A stretch of DNA of 64,000 nt from the NCBI GenBank assembly GCA_052327205.1, contig CM126228.1, forward strand, positions 11,718,001 through 11,782,000, read 5' to 3'. How positions within the stretch are numbered: position 1 is the stretch's first letter; every line of letters starts with the position of its first letter. This stretch comes from Somniosus microcephalus (lineage: Eukaryota). Below the pieces are notes generated by a model that had not been told where the DNA came from, made no database searches, and saw nothing but the letters and a program-made list of their open reading frames with translations. The position numbers were made by a program, and so were the translations under genes. Positions 9,408-22,627 of the stretch are shown piece after piece.

Positions 9408-12400
9408 GTAAGTACTGTTTTAATTGAACTTTGTCCTTGAGAACTAGTGCTGTGATGCAGTACAATTAGAGCTCCCTAATTATAGCAGCTATGCCTGTTA
9501 CAAACTGCACTGTAATCTCTCAAAAATGGAAGTGAATTTGACACAAACTTCTGATGGCAGATTGCAACCCTTATTTGGATAAATTCCCTAAATCAAAAAT
9601 AAACTGCAACATTAACCCTTTAGGTACTTTTTTCCTCCAAAAAAGCTCACATTTAATTTTTTTTGGTTTTGCAGAACTGCTCAATGTAAAATTGTGGACA
9701 AAGGTCAAGTCTCCGGATAACTAATCTTGATCAAACGACTGATGGGTACAATATGCTGCACAAGGTTAATAATCGAGGAATGCTTGTGTTTTTATATAAG
9801 CAACGACCTTCAGAGTATTAATTTACAAGGTTATAGTTGTGAACAAGTGTTGGCTTAGGTTGTGATCGATTGAAGTTGTTTACTGAATACAAGTAAATCT
9901 GAAGTGATCCATGACTTACCAAAAAGCTTTCTTTGTTTGGGTGTTGGCTTTGTTAACTCTTTGTGTTGAGGAGGTCACGTGATTAATTCAACCCTTTATG
10001 GAGTTTGCTGTAATAATTTTGCATTAAACTTGTATTTTTTTTGTGGGGGGGGGGTTCTTTTTTTCAGCCATCTTAATACCCTATATAATTTCTGGTTGGC
10101 TTTTTTATTGCTGAAAATTAATTTCATTTTTCATTCCATGATCCTGCAAATTTTCAGTTTTGCCTTATAAAGTTTTTATAAAACTGAAGCTGCTGATCTG
10201 AGGTACAGTAAAAATGTTTGAAAATCACCTTTAGCAACCAGAAACTATCCTGCCAAGTTACAAATTTCAGCTGCATTGTCCACTGTTACAGTAGAAAAAA
10301 TCTTTTTATGCCTAAACACCCCAGCTTAAGTCTGAGAAATTGTTTACAATTAAATCTGATTGGATATGTACAAGAGCTGTGGCAGTAAAGTGGAAACAGA
10401 ATATTACAGAAAACTGTTCATTAAAAATAATGTTCTCTATGCCAGAGTTCTTGGTGTTTTTCAAATTTGGATTGACTACTTTATTTCTGAATCAATGTAA
10501 ATACCAAGAATAAGGGTAAATGTGTAACTGTAAGCCGAATGTGTGAATATTTATTGATAGCTTCAAGAACTCACGTCAGAATCTCTTTAAAGGCGTTACG
10601 ATATTCCCCATCAAATACATACTAATACCAACTGGACACACGCTTCTCTTGCGATCCTTTAACTTTTTTCAAAGAGTTGCCGTTTCAGTTTATTGTGCTG
10701 ATCACTTTGATCTTTACAGGGAAGTTTAGGTTCACCAGATTAACTCTTGTTTTGCTGGTCATAATGGGCTGATTAATTTTCCAAGTTTAAAAGTTACCTT
10801 TTTCACTGTAAACTTAGTGGTGTGAGGAAAGTATGGGTAATGTGAAACACCAAAATTAGTCATTGTGCAACAGCAAAGGTGCAGTCTTTTTTTTGAAACA
10901 TTGATATTTTGAAACATTAAAAATACATTTTATAGTGATATAGTTCAAAAATAACATGTTGTAAAATTCCATGGGGTAATAACTCAGGACTGCAGCTGTA
11001 CAAAACATTTTTTTCCTTTGCAGTATTTTGTGAACTGAGCAAAATTAAAATCTCCTACATTTTTATCTTAATGCATCAAATCCATTTGCATTGAATTACA
11101 TTTTGTGACTATCCTTGGTTGTCATTTTACGTATCAACAAACCTTTAATTATACATGTTTATTTCAGCCAGATTTTTTAAGTTATCACTATTTTGTTTAA
11201 AAATCGAAGCTCTAGCAGAAAATGCAAATTACAATTAACCTTCAATGACTTATACATATTTTTGTGATCCGCTTTTTCAATTTAAAAAAAAAAAAAAGAA
11301 AAATCGGAATTGAGTTTTATCAGTTGGTAAATGTTGAAACGAGTACTTAGTTTGTCCTGGTTGAATTTACGATATCAGAGTGCATATTGGATCAATAATG
11401 TTGAGAAAAATATTTGTGTTTGATAGTTTTGATATCTTTGGGGGGAATTACTTTCCTGTGATGTGTGTGACATTTCCCGCCACTTTATGGGTGCCCGGAA
11501 GTAGGCACAGCTTCACCTAGTCTTTACAGTGAAGACGACGAGCTTTGAGGAAGCGCCATTTTAGTGCAAATTCATGCCTCCACTTGTATAGGTAGAGGGT
11601 GGGGAAAGCTACAGTAACACAGTGGTCATATTTACTTGTATATTTGTGCTAGAAGCTTCTTAGGTTAAGCTTCTGGTAAGAACTGCAGTCTGTCTAACGT
11701 GTGTCTTCATTGTTCGTTTGGTGAGTTCCACAGTAAAAGGGTGCAAAATTAACTCTTGCATTCTCGAGGAAATCAAAGATGGAAAAACAGTGCTCATTAT
11801 TTTGCCTTTACCGTCGGTACGGAAATATTGCTTCCAGTAAACCTTGAATTGTGTACACATTTTCTCAGCAAATGCCCATAATTGTTTAAAATGCAGCTTT
11901 TGAAAGTTAAATAATCTTGAACCAACAGCTTATTTTACTGGCAAAATGATGCGGCTTTCTTTTTGTTCGAAATGTCCCACCTAATGGAGTTTAATACATG
12001 TGAGGAAGATGGCTGAGATTCAACCCCTGACCGTGGAGCAGTCAGAGTAAGGAGTGACCAACATCAATTTGTCACAGCTTTTGCACATAATCATTTTATT
12101 AAAGTATCTTAATACTTGAGGTTTGCAGTTGTTTTGGGAATTTACTTATCACTTTTATTGGGAATGTTAATGATCCTCTATGTTCACATACAGGTTTAAA
12201 TTCAAGATATTTTAATAAGTAGGTAAAAACAGCAAACTTGGTGCACTGGAAGACAAGTTTAGAGTTTATTTCTTTTGCTTGGCCTCTTGCATCAATCTGA
12301 GATCATTATGGACTTGTGGTAGTTCTGAACACAGTTCCTATTCGGCATGCTTTAAACCTTTTTCTTTAACATTCCTGAACAACAAATAAATTGAAATCTT

Positions 12401-14773
12401 CATAAATGAGATCACTGACTTGTTGATACAGGTGGATTTCCTAATGTTATTTGTATTGCATTTTTTATAACGCTAGTCACTCGACAATTTCTCCTTGAAG
12501 TTCAAGGCGCGCTCTCTTTTTTTCTGTGAGGAGGGAGAAGAGGCAGACAGCTGACTGTCATTTCCACCATGAGGATGTACACAAACAATGCAATGACTCT
12601 TAACACGGCACACTTTCTGTTGCATGATGTCACCAGAAAACAATGGAAAAAGATGTCTTCCAAACAATATTATCTGGGGGCAGTGGCATTCAGTTTAGCA
12701 TAGCTTTTCACATTTTATAGAGCAACAGTAACGTGATAACGACATTTAGAAATGGCATATCGTGGATTGACATTGAGCGTTTAGCATTTTTGTAAATATA
12801 AGTTTCTCCAACTGGTGCTTTTTTTTTAGCTAATGTGAATTTTGCAACTGACTTCAAGTCTGTAAATTGTAATCCTGGAAAAATATATCTATGTTGCATT
12901 GTAGGACAAAATGTTGTGCTGCGCTAACGTACTGTTAAAGTTGTCCTTCAAGACAGACTTGAACTGAAAATGCAACTTAATTTTTAAAGTATAATGAGCT
13001 ACTTTTGATTTATTAATAAAATGAATAAACATGCAATAGTAGCAAAATATCAGGGGAGTTAGAATATACATAGCAGCAACAGATGGGCAGTTTATACAGT
13101 CAGGATTCCAACAAATAGAAAAAAATCACCAAGTAAAATGGCTGGCAATGTGTCTCTTGACGAGTGTTACACTGGGATACGTGGTTAACACCGTGTCTAA
13201 GTAAACATTTCTTACGATAAGTAGAATGAGTGCTAAAGGTATCTTTGACAAATGGTGCATGTGTGAGAGCATATTTGTTACATTTAACTATGATTGTCTT
13301 TTGAACAATTTCTTGTGGTTGGTAGCCAAAGCTAAATTCTTGATTGGTGAAATAGTCAATGACGTCTCATCTGAAGACATTCGAAACTAAGCAATTATAC
13401 GGTATTAGCAAAGCCACCAAACAACACCAAATTGTGGTTGTGAATACCTCAGCATCTGTTGATGCTTATAAGCCAAAATCCATTGTTTTTGTAATTATTA
13501 AAAAAACAATGTGATCCTAATTTCTCACCCACATATATGTTGGAGAGAAGATTTCATATCTCCAGTACAGGGTGTTTTATGGCTGACTGTATAAACTAAT
13601 TTTAATACTACTGTAGTGTAGTTGCCCAGTCTCTTCCAAAAAAAAAAAAAAGTTTACCATACCTAGGGATTTGGTAACAAACAATAGTGTTGTACCATGA
13701 CTTTAATTGTGGGTTTACAGGATCTGAAGGTAGGGCAAAACTGATACTGGCCAATCAACAAGGATTGAGAATTCACTCGAGGAATTTGGATCATTTCTGA
13801 AATTCTTGCGTGGACAGGTTGATTTCTGAATTGCTTATCCCTCCCCCAAGGTGTCTTTATCTCTTGAGAATAGTCGCAGGGTCTTTATTCCATCGGTATG
13901 TTTTCTCATTGGGATGCTTAACTTCCATTACTCCTGCCAGCTTTTAAACCTCCGACAGCACCACTTAATGTGGCTGTGAATTTTAACAACATTTTTGAAT
14001 GCAAATTTAAGGGAAATTAGTGCCACTAATGCAAACAATACAATGAATGGTTTGCTTGTATATGGCGGGTGGGGTGAGGGAAGCTAAATCTTTCCTTAAC
14101 ATACTGAACCTGCAGTATGGCTTTACTATTTTTGGTTATACTCAAGTTATATGTAATCTATTTGAAATGTTGCAACATTCTATTGCTGTATACATGACTG
14201 GCATTTACTTACCACAACTAATCGTTCCTATTCCCATTGGGCAAATAGTGGCTGGTGTTTGGTTGCTGAAGTTTCTTTTTTTCATTAGGAAGAGTCACTA
14301 GTTTTGGAGAGAACTGTTTCCCCCCCCGCCCCCCCCCCCCCCAACCAAATTAGGCCAAGATGGTTGATGTTGGCCAAAATGCAGTTCTGTTTTAGTAAAT
14401 TAAATTATTACTAAAGTAATGTCAGACAGGTCTTTACCTGTAGTTAATTGTTTGAGAAGTGCATAAGTTTAGAACTGACTATGCTTTGCCAGGAAAGATG
14501 CAAAAACTGAAGTGTAAAGAGGAAAGTTCTGCTTGTTTCTATGGATATGATTCCTATGGATACCATAAGTGTATTTGATAGATGAACTGCAGTCTGAAGA
14601 TTATTTAAATTGTTTATTGTCGAGTGGGGTTTATGGAAAGAAATCTTACCACATACCCGGAATCCTTCAAATATTGTCATCAGCACGGCTATTTGAGGTT
14701 GATGTCCATGATTTAGGTACATATTTGGTAGAAGCATAGATAATCAAGCCTGTAGGCAGTTTCTGAAAAATGC

Positions 14774-14837
14774 TAATTTTAGGGAGTCAGGTGATGTATT
14801 AACTTTGATCACTGCATCACCTGACTCCCTAAAATTA
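14774..14837. repeat. Perfect 23-bp inverted repeat (hairpin) with 18-nt spacer
   Basis: TAATTTTAGGGAGTCAGGTGATG (14774-14796) and CATCACCTGACTCCCTAAAATTA (14815-14837). Confidence 0.9.
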
Positions 14838-16128
14838 AAACATTTTGCTTTGCCCGTGGAACTGAAATATGCTGTACATTTTCAAGAGGACCAGTTTATT
14901 GGATCCACATGTTCCAAACTGATTTTCTTTGTTGCCTTGCCCGAGGATCAACAAAACTGAGGCTGATTAACTGGAGTGCTTTACAGAAGAAGAATGTGTG
15001 ATGGCTACCTCATTAAAGGTTTCATCTTTGTGGATTGTCCCTGATTAGAGCTCCTCATTCTTGGGTTTAATTTTTTTCATGAATTTGTGTCATGCAAATT
15101 GGACAAAATTGGCTGCAAGCAAACTGTGTTTTTTGGATCCAACATAAAATATTTGTGCTCAGAAAGCTTTGGTTTTGATCGGGTTTAATCAGCAAAATAA
15201 TTTTGGATGGTACAAATATACTTAAATGCTTAATAGCTGTCTTTACAAAGTTTAATTCTGAAAGGAGTTGACATTAGCTACATCCTCAGTACTTCCTCTT
15301 TTGTAAAACTTGGTTCTGCCATCTGTACCTGACTCGGGCATTTGAAGATGTGTTGTATGTTGATGCTGCCCATCAGCATATATAGAAGATACTTTTTGCA
15401 TCAAACAGGACAGTTGCTGTGTATGCCAGACCAGAACTCCAGTATGCCAATGTTGAAACCAAGTTTTATCCAGAATTTGGAATTCACCTTTTTGAGGTTT
15501 AGGAATGGGGTTAACCTTAACATTCAAAGGCTTATCCATACGAGGATCATTTACCCCTTACGGCTTTTTCTTTTGCCAATTTTCTCCCCTTTCCTCTCCT
15601 GCTGTTCTGAAGGTGCTAACACATGATTGCAGACACAGGCAATAAGAACAACTATAAATAATGAAAGATCCTTGTTAAACAGAACCAAGTACAATCTTTG
15701 ATTCTCTTTCCAGCAGTCTTGAGAGCAGTCAATACAGCTCAACCCCCTCTACGCTTAGACGTGAAAAGTTCAGTTCAGTATTTTATTATGTGTTCAAATA
15801 TCTTTGTGTTAATCTTTGTTTCTTCCTGTTTTGTCTGTTTCTCGGGGATCTCTTGCCATTGATAAATTAATCTTTATTGCTTGCATTCTGTAATGTGAAA
15901 AACAGAACATTTTCAAATGGCTGCTCCTGAAACTAGTTCTCTTGATACTGATATTTTTATTTTTAAATCTACTTCAGTAATCTTGATTTTGTTTGGGTGA
16001 GATGATCTTAAACTGGATAATACAGAACTCTGGAGTAATTAGCTCAATAACTTTGTTCTGGTATATTTATACCCATTGAGAGGCTGAACGGGTTACATGT
16101 AGTAATTTTTCTCATGATGTCATTCCAG

Positions 16129-16218
16129 GTGCAGTTGGATTTCATGGGTAAAGCTGTGCAGTGGTACCATCTGATAAGCGTGGGGGGAGTGTACAGACTG
16201 ATTGGATCCAAACAGCTG
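16129..16218 (+). CDS. CTC1: CTC1 exon (90 bp, phase 0-0)
   Basis: ccAG|GTG...CTG|GTAAGA. VQLDFMGKAVQWYHLISVGGVYRLIG vs human [26 protein letters not shown]. Confidence 0.9.
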
Positions 16219-16497
16219 GTAAGAGAACCAAAAGCTGCTTTTGTTAGAAATGTTTGAGCTTGGGAAGCAAACATCTCCATTGTGGCAAAGTTTAAAAGTC
16301 TGCATATTGTAGTTTTGTTGTTTATAAAGAAGGGAAAGAAATCGCATGAATTCTGATACCTTGCATTCTGATTCTATTTTGCAGAAGTAAATGGTTCAGA
16401 GAAGCTGATTATGTTCAGTTATCACTCAAAAAAAGCTGAAACTATTTCTTGTTTTACTTAGTTTGGAATATTTACAGACTTTCCCTTCTTTATCCAG

Positions 16498-16641
16498 GAC
16501 ACATCTGTTTTTGAACGACACTCTTCTCCCTCCATTCCACGGAAGACCCTACAGAGTTTGAATTGTCCACTCTGCCTTGTTGTTCAGCCTGACTGGAAAT
16601 TGCAGTATATCGCCACTCTATCCTGTTTACGCCAGTCCCAG
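16498..16641 (+). CDS. CTC1: CTC1 exon (144 bp, phase 0-0)
   Basis: ccAG|GAC...CAG|GTAGG. DTSVFERHSSPSIPRKTLQSLNCPLCLVVQPDWKL vs human [33 protein letters not shown]. Confidence 0.9.
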
Positions 16642-17118
16642 GTAGGCCAGTACTTTGGAAATCGAGGAAGAGCAGAGATAAATCCGGTTTCCATTGTAAC
16701 GTTAATCGTGTCATTCAAAGATTTCAATGATTTGTTTAAAATGATTCCTGAAGCATTTGTATGTGGGAGTTATGTAAAGTGAAGGGTGTAGTTATGTGTA
16801 ATATAGAATGGTAATTGTGCATTGTTACATTACTGTGGAATCTACCTTGATAGTTTAAAGATCCCAGTTAATGTGACTGGCTATAACAGATAATAAAGAC
16901 AAGTGGGACAAGATTGCTTTGACATTGGGAAATAAAAGGGCCACTATATTTCAGTTTATAATTATTCTGATGGAGATAAGATAGCTTCCATGATTGTCAT
17001 TGATTTTGAATATTGCAGTATGTTTATTGATCTCGGGTCATGATTTTTTTAATGTCTTTGTCATTAAGCTGTAGTTCTGCATCAGTTTTTCTTTCTAATA
17101 AAATTGTTTTGATTTCAG

Positions 17119-17213
17119 CTTTCTGAAAATCGGATAAACGTGCCTGCTTACCTTGAAAAATTGGCTTCAGAAATACCTCAGCCAAGCTCTATTCAAAAAG
17201 TACTCTCGAGCAG
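17119..17213 (+). CDS. CTC1: CTC1 exon (95 bp, phase 0-2)
   Basis: ttcAG|CTT...AG|GTAAGC. LSENRINVPAYLEKLASEIPQPSSIQKVLSS; phase fits both neighbours and weakly matches human LPESSLTDLLS. Confidence 0.82.
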
Positions 17214-17878
17214 GTAAGCACAAATACACGCATACATATTGAGAACTATCTTTTGCTGCCCCAACTTTCCCTTTGATTATCTGTTTGTCCCTCCTCTCCT
17301 GATGGTGGTGACTCATGCTGGGGTACGGTTCTACAAGCTACAAGTTACCAGTACCCAGATAGTCATTCTTCATGCGTATGCTTAGACAGTGAGTGTAAAT
17401 GGGCTATTGGCCTGTGGACCATTCCAACTCTGTCCCTGAACGCGATCCCATCCTGGCACCATATGCACTTCTAGTAGGATCACTGGGCAGCAAATGGAGT
17501 GGGAACCCCAGCCAACATTTTTTTAAACATCCTAGATAAACACAAGCCAATCCTATTGGCTTTGCTACTGTCCTTCCTACTGTTCAAGGTTGCTATAATG
17601 TGTTTATGAATTGGGCATTAGTTGTATTCGAAGTGAAGACGATGCTATGTGCTAATACGGTTAATTTGTATATATATTTATTCTTGCTTTTTCATAAATT
17701 TATGAACTTAATTTTTCAGTTTGGATTTTATCCATTTGAATTTCCTTTCTTAAGTTAAATAAAAAAAAAAAAAACCTGCATAACTTATTACTAAATCCAG
17801 AGAAGCGAATTTGGCTTAGAAGCACACAGGTTATAATAGCCTAACTTGGAGTCTTCTAACGTTTGGATTGTCTGACAG

Positions 17879-17988
17879 TTTCTCAGCATCGCTTGTCTCT
17901 TTCACTGGAATCCTATTGGAAAGGATGTGCTATGAACCCAATAGAAGATCCAACTTTGCAGGTCTTATAACTGATAAAAATACACAAG
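17879..17988 (+). CDS. CTC1: CTC1 exon (110 bp, phase 2-1)
   Basis: gacAG|T...G|GTAAG. FSASLVSFTGILLERMCYEP vs human [20 protein letters not shown]. Confidence 0.9.
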
Positions 17989-18468
17989 GTAAGAATGCAG
18001 TTAAATTCCAATCTATACCAACACTATTACATATACTGTGTAGTTCCAAAATCAGACTGCCTTACAGTTGGTTGAAATGTTGTGATATGCTGGAGCGATG
18101 TTGTGTGACAGTGGTGGGATGCAGATTTGTGTCCAGAATTTCTCTCTGGCTAAAATTAGGAATGAGACAATCGATGCTGACAGGAAGCTTTGTGCTTCAC
18201 CAGTAAGAGAAGGGAAAAACAGGACTGTGAACACCAGCCTGAGTATTGCTTTCGCATATGGAAGCACTGACTGAGGTTTGAGGAATGGATTACCTGTTGG
18301 GTGGGAAATATGGCCATTTTAATTGTGCCGAGCAGACATTGCATTTTGTTTTCTTGTTAATAGTAACAGTACTGAGTTAATGAGTATAAAGAAGTGTGTT
18401 TATTGAAGTGTCTCCACTTGACTTTGTTTTGCTGTGTTTAACACAAGTTGCCTCTTGTGTGTTCATAG

Positions 18469-18634
18469 GTATTTCTGTTCCTGGTGACTGCGGTCTGAAG
18501 TTGACTGTTGGTGACATTCACAATACAGCCATAGCCCTGGATGTCTATGTAGATCTTGTGCAGTTATCTTACACCCTCGGGGTTTTGCCAGGAGCCATGG
18601 TGACGTTTTATGGTTTGGAGAGGACCACGTCGAG
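18469..18634 (+). CDS. CTC1: CTC1 exon (166 bp, phase 1-2; OB-fold)
   Basis: catAG|GT...AG|GTTAGT. LKLTVGD...LDVYVD...YTLGVLPGAMVTFYGLERTTSR vs human VKLTV...LDVYIE...[21 protein letters not shown]. Confidence 0.94.
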
Positions 18635-18647
18635 GTTAGTATTCTAT

Positions 18648-19420
18648 TTAGAAACGTAGGACCAGGAGTAGGCCATTCAGCCCCTTGAGCCAGCTCTGCC
18701 ATTCAGTCATATCATGCCTGATCTGTACCTCAACTCCATTTACCCGCCTTAGCTCCATGTCCCTTGATACCCTTACCATACAAAAATCTGTCTATCTCGG
18801 TCATGAATATTTCAATTGACCGAGCATTTTGGGGAGTGAGTTCTAGATTTCCACTATCCTTTGTGTGAAAAAGTGTTTCCTAAATTCACTCCTGAATGGC
18901 CTAGCTGTAATTTTAAGATTAGGACCCCTCATTCTTGATTTCCCCCACCAGAGGAATAGTTTCTCTGTATCTACCTTATTGAATCCTTTTAACATTTTAA
19001 ACACCTCAAACTTTTTATACTCAAGGCAAATTTATGCAACATGTCCTCCTAATTTAACCCTCTGTGCTCCGGTATCATTCTGGCGAATCTGTGTTGCACC
19101 CACTCCAAGGCCAGTATATCCTTCCTGGGGTGCGGTGCCCAAAACTGAATGCAGTACTCCAGGGCTCGAGACAACAAGTATAACTTCCTCCTCTTGTAAT
19201 CCAGCCCCCTTAAGATAAGGCCAACCTTCCATGAGGATTTTTGATTGCTTTTTGTATCCGTCTACAAGCCTTAAATTATTTGTGTACTTAGATTCCCAAA
19301 TCTCTGCTCCTCATTTCTCACCATTTAGAAAATACTCCAATTCACCTTTCTCGGGTCCAAAGTGGATGACGTCACACTTGTCCACGTTAAACTCCCATCG
19401 GCCATAGCTTTGCCCACTCA
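18648..19420 (-). mobile_element. CR1 LINE 3' fragment
   Basis: Inverted CR1 tail 'agaaacgtaggaccaggagtaggccattcagcccc'. Minus strand contains the LEYCIQFWAP-type motif; similar to the copy at 35000-35830. Confidence 0.85.
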
Positions 19421-19982
19421 CTTGGTCCAAATTCATTTCATGGAAGATTCTTTCAGCCAGCATAGTGTTGACATTTTCATTTCATCAGTCCTGGATGAAT
19501 TGAAACCCAGGTTCCAAAGGTGCTTGACCCACTGCGCCATCCAGCCATCAGGCAACCTTTGTAGGATTGCAGTGAAACCCGTGACGGAGGAAAGAGTATA
19601 AAAAGCAAAATGCTGCAGATCTGAAACAAAAGACCGAAAATGTTGGGAACACCCCATAGGTCAGGCAGCATCTGTGGCGAGAGGAAGATCGGGTTAATGT
19701 TTCAGGTTTACCGCCCTTCATTTCTCCAGAGATGCTTCCTGACCCGCTGAATGCGCCCAGCATCTTCTATTTTATAACTGAGAAATGGGTTCTTGTTTGA
19801 TTTTATTGTTCTTGATACAGATGCAATCTTGCCTAATGTGTGCAATTGTATTTTTAAAGGAGTGTTCTCCAATCCAATTATATAAACTGAAGCCACTTAA
19901 TCTATAGTTGCGATACATTTCAAATATGATTTTGGTCTTTTTAAAGTCCATTTCAATTGAATTTTTCCAAATTGTTTTTCAG

Positions 19983-20060
19983 GAGCAACAATGTGTACTG
20001 CAAATATGTGCCTTCTAGCAGTGTCTCTGTCCTTGCATTTCCTTCACTGGAGGCTGAAAG
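19983..20060 (+). CDS. CTC1: CTC1 exon (78 bp, phase 2-2)
   Basis: tttcAG|G...AG|GTTGGT. SNNVYCKYVPSSSVSVLAFP vs human [20 protein letters not shown]. Confidence 0.92.
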
Positions 20061-21770
20061 GTTGGTATTTTGATTCTCATTTTGCTCACCTTATGTGAAA
20101 GCTCAATATACAAAAATGGAAGAACCTTTACATCCATCGCAATATTCAACTATTCATTTCGTTTAGACTTCCGAAGGGAACAAACTTGATACACCCTGTT
20201 CCTATTGGGGAAATTATTACAAAGCTTGGTCATTGCTATTGAGTTTAAAAGCATAAGCGATCTGTAGTGCAGATAATTTAGTAACATTTTCAGAAAAAGT
20301 AACTTTTCCACATTTTATGGTCTCTGGTGTACCTTAAATAACATAATGGGTAACACAATCTTTTTGAATTGGACCAGTGTAAAAAAACCTAGGTTGACTT
20401 GTAATTCCAGCCCTCTCATTTCTAAGAACTCGGTGACTTAAGCTCATGCAGTTTCCTACACACAACCACAGGTCTGTGCTAGTGCCTCACAGCCCAGCAT
20501 GAACAAACAAAGTGCCTTCACAGTGAAGTTCTGGCCTACGTCTGTTATTCCAAAAGTCCTGCGAACACAAGAATTGGGAGCAGTGCAACTAATTATCATT
20601 GCTACACTGTGTCCAGAGGGACAGTCACACCACTGGTGATGTCACAGAGAACTACTGTCCATTTTACAAAAGTTAAAATAGCTGCTACTGCCAGCAGCTG
20701 GAAACTTAGCTCAAGACTCTCATTGACTTCTATGTGGTGGTTGTGAGGAGGGAAATAAGTTAAGGGGAAAAATGAGGATTGAGAGGAGGAAAATGTAACT
20801 TGTGCTTTATAAAAAGGTCAGAAATTAAAGGACAGTTTAAAATGCCATTTTAAAGATGCACTTGGCTTAAACTGAATTGAGTGCAAAGTCAGATTTTGAA
20901 ATCTATGTCTTAACAGAGGACAAAATGTGCGTAAAACTTCTTGTATGAACAGCAGGAAGGTCCCACCTCATAGTTTCCATCATCTCATTGTTATGTGAAA
21001 CTTCAACTAGTACTCTTGCTGCAATTAGCACCAAGGAGAGAGGAGGTTGAAATGGAGGCAAGTAGAATTTGATGGACACTTATTCAAAAAAAAAAAAAAA
21101 CAGGATTGCAATTCAATCCTGTGTAGACCTTGCTAAGATTGATTGGGTATGTGGTGCGTTTGTGAATATAATTGGGGGGCCCTTCTGTACAGCATAACTA
21201 ATCTGGGCTATGATGATGAAACCATGGCATTTGATGTTTTGTATATAAAAACTATTGGCACATAGCTTACTGAAGAACAGATACTTGATTTGTGTTGTGA
21301 TTTCCTACATGGTTGAAATTCTGTGAATGCTTTACCACACCCTGGTGTAAAATGCTAACTGCTATTTTATCATAATTCATAAGCACATTTAATTTATGTG
21401 CACAAAAGCAGATTAACCATTGCATGAAAAATGCTGCTCAGCAGAATATCAACCCTATGGAGAATTCCTGATCTTATGCTTGCTGCTTGGGAATGTAAGG
21501 TGCAGAGTGGAGACCATGTGTCCCATCAAAAGGCAGTGTGAAGAGAGCCACTCCTTGCCATTCTTGGTGACCTGAGTAGGGCAATTAATAAGCCTTGAGA
21601 GCAGGTCATTTGCTCACTTGTTTGGTCTCGTGCGGAAAGAAAATACATTGAAAATCTAATGGGCAGAGCGAAGCTCTGTTATCTTTTTTGAGCACTAACT
21701 TGTCCCTTCAGTGGCTAAAAATAAATTGTCTGATTTGGAAACTTCCATTATCAATCATCTAAATGCACTG

Positions 21771-22117
21771 CAGGAAACTTCGCGATATCCGGCACCGGCG
21801 TGATGCCGATCTATGAAAACTTCCGGACAGACCAGCGCTAATGTTGAAGCATACGGAGGTTTTCATCTCCGTATCTGACAACAAACACTGTTGCTTAGCA
21901 ACAGCTTGTAAACAGTCGGCCCGTACCTTGGAAGTGTCTCTGTAGCTTAGCAACAGCTTCAGAGAGGCTTTCCAGAGACTGACTGTTTTATTAAAAAAAA
22001 AAAAATGAAAAAAAAAATGCTAGGAGAAGAAAAAAAACCTAACAAAACGGCTGCTGATTTCTGCCGTTAGATCGAGGTTTCCGGACATACAACTTCCGGA
22101 TAAACCAAAGTTTCCTG
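21771..22117. mobile_element. Tc1/mariner (Tigger-like) non-autonomous DNA transposon, copy 1
   Basis: TIRs CAGGAAACTT...AAGTTTCCTG followed by TA. Internal 'tctctgtagcttagcaacagcttcag' is shared with 62392-62655. Confidence 0.8.
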
Positions 22118-22449
22118 TATTATAATTTGTCACTGTGTGATTGAAAAATAAAAACTACGTCCTGGAAATATACAGCAGGTCGGTCGGCATCTGTCAGGAC
22201 CCAAGACAGATTTTGACATTTTGGATGGTACATCCTTTCATCTTCAGTCCTGATGAACGGTACACACCTGAACTATCAAAATTTGCCTTTTCCTTTTGTT
22301 TAGTACTTTTGACATTTTCTATTTCAAGTGAGCAATTGACATCTGCAATTATTTTTATTTGATTCAATGATCTCATTTAACTGGTTAAATTTGAGATTAG
22401 TGGCTTTGGGTTTCACTGTCTCTTCTGAAACTGTTGACTTTTTCTGCAG

Positions 22450-22627
22450 ATCTGGTTCCAGTTTATCAACAAATACAGCCATTTCAGAGCTGCCCCTGCT
22501 CTATCTTGGAAATTTAATCTCCGGGCGAGAGAATCACCTACGAGGGATTGTTTGCTGCCACGTGGTTAATGTTCGGTGGCTGAAACTGCAGTGGGTGTGC
22601 AGTTGTTGTTGCAGCATTTTTAAACAG
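22450..22627 (+). CDS. CTC1: CTC1 exon (178 bp, phase 2-0; start of Zn ribbon)
   Basis: ctgcAG|A...CAG|GTTTG. LPLLYLGNL...CHVVNVRWLKLQWVCSCCCSIFKQ vs human LPHIYLAEL...[24 protein letters not shown]. Confidence 0.94.

Noticed and set aside
13721-13817. Exon-like AG...GT segment as an extra CTC1 exon
   Set aside because: Stops occur in all three frames, and the flanking CTC1 exons already join in frame and collinear with human.
21205-21275. C/D box snoRNA (TGATGA...CTGA)
   Set aside because: No terminal stem and no recognisable rRNA antisense element.
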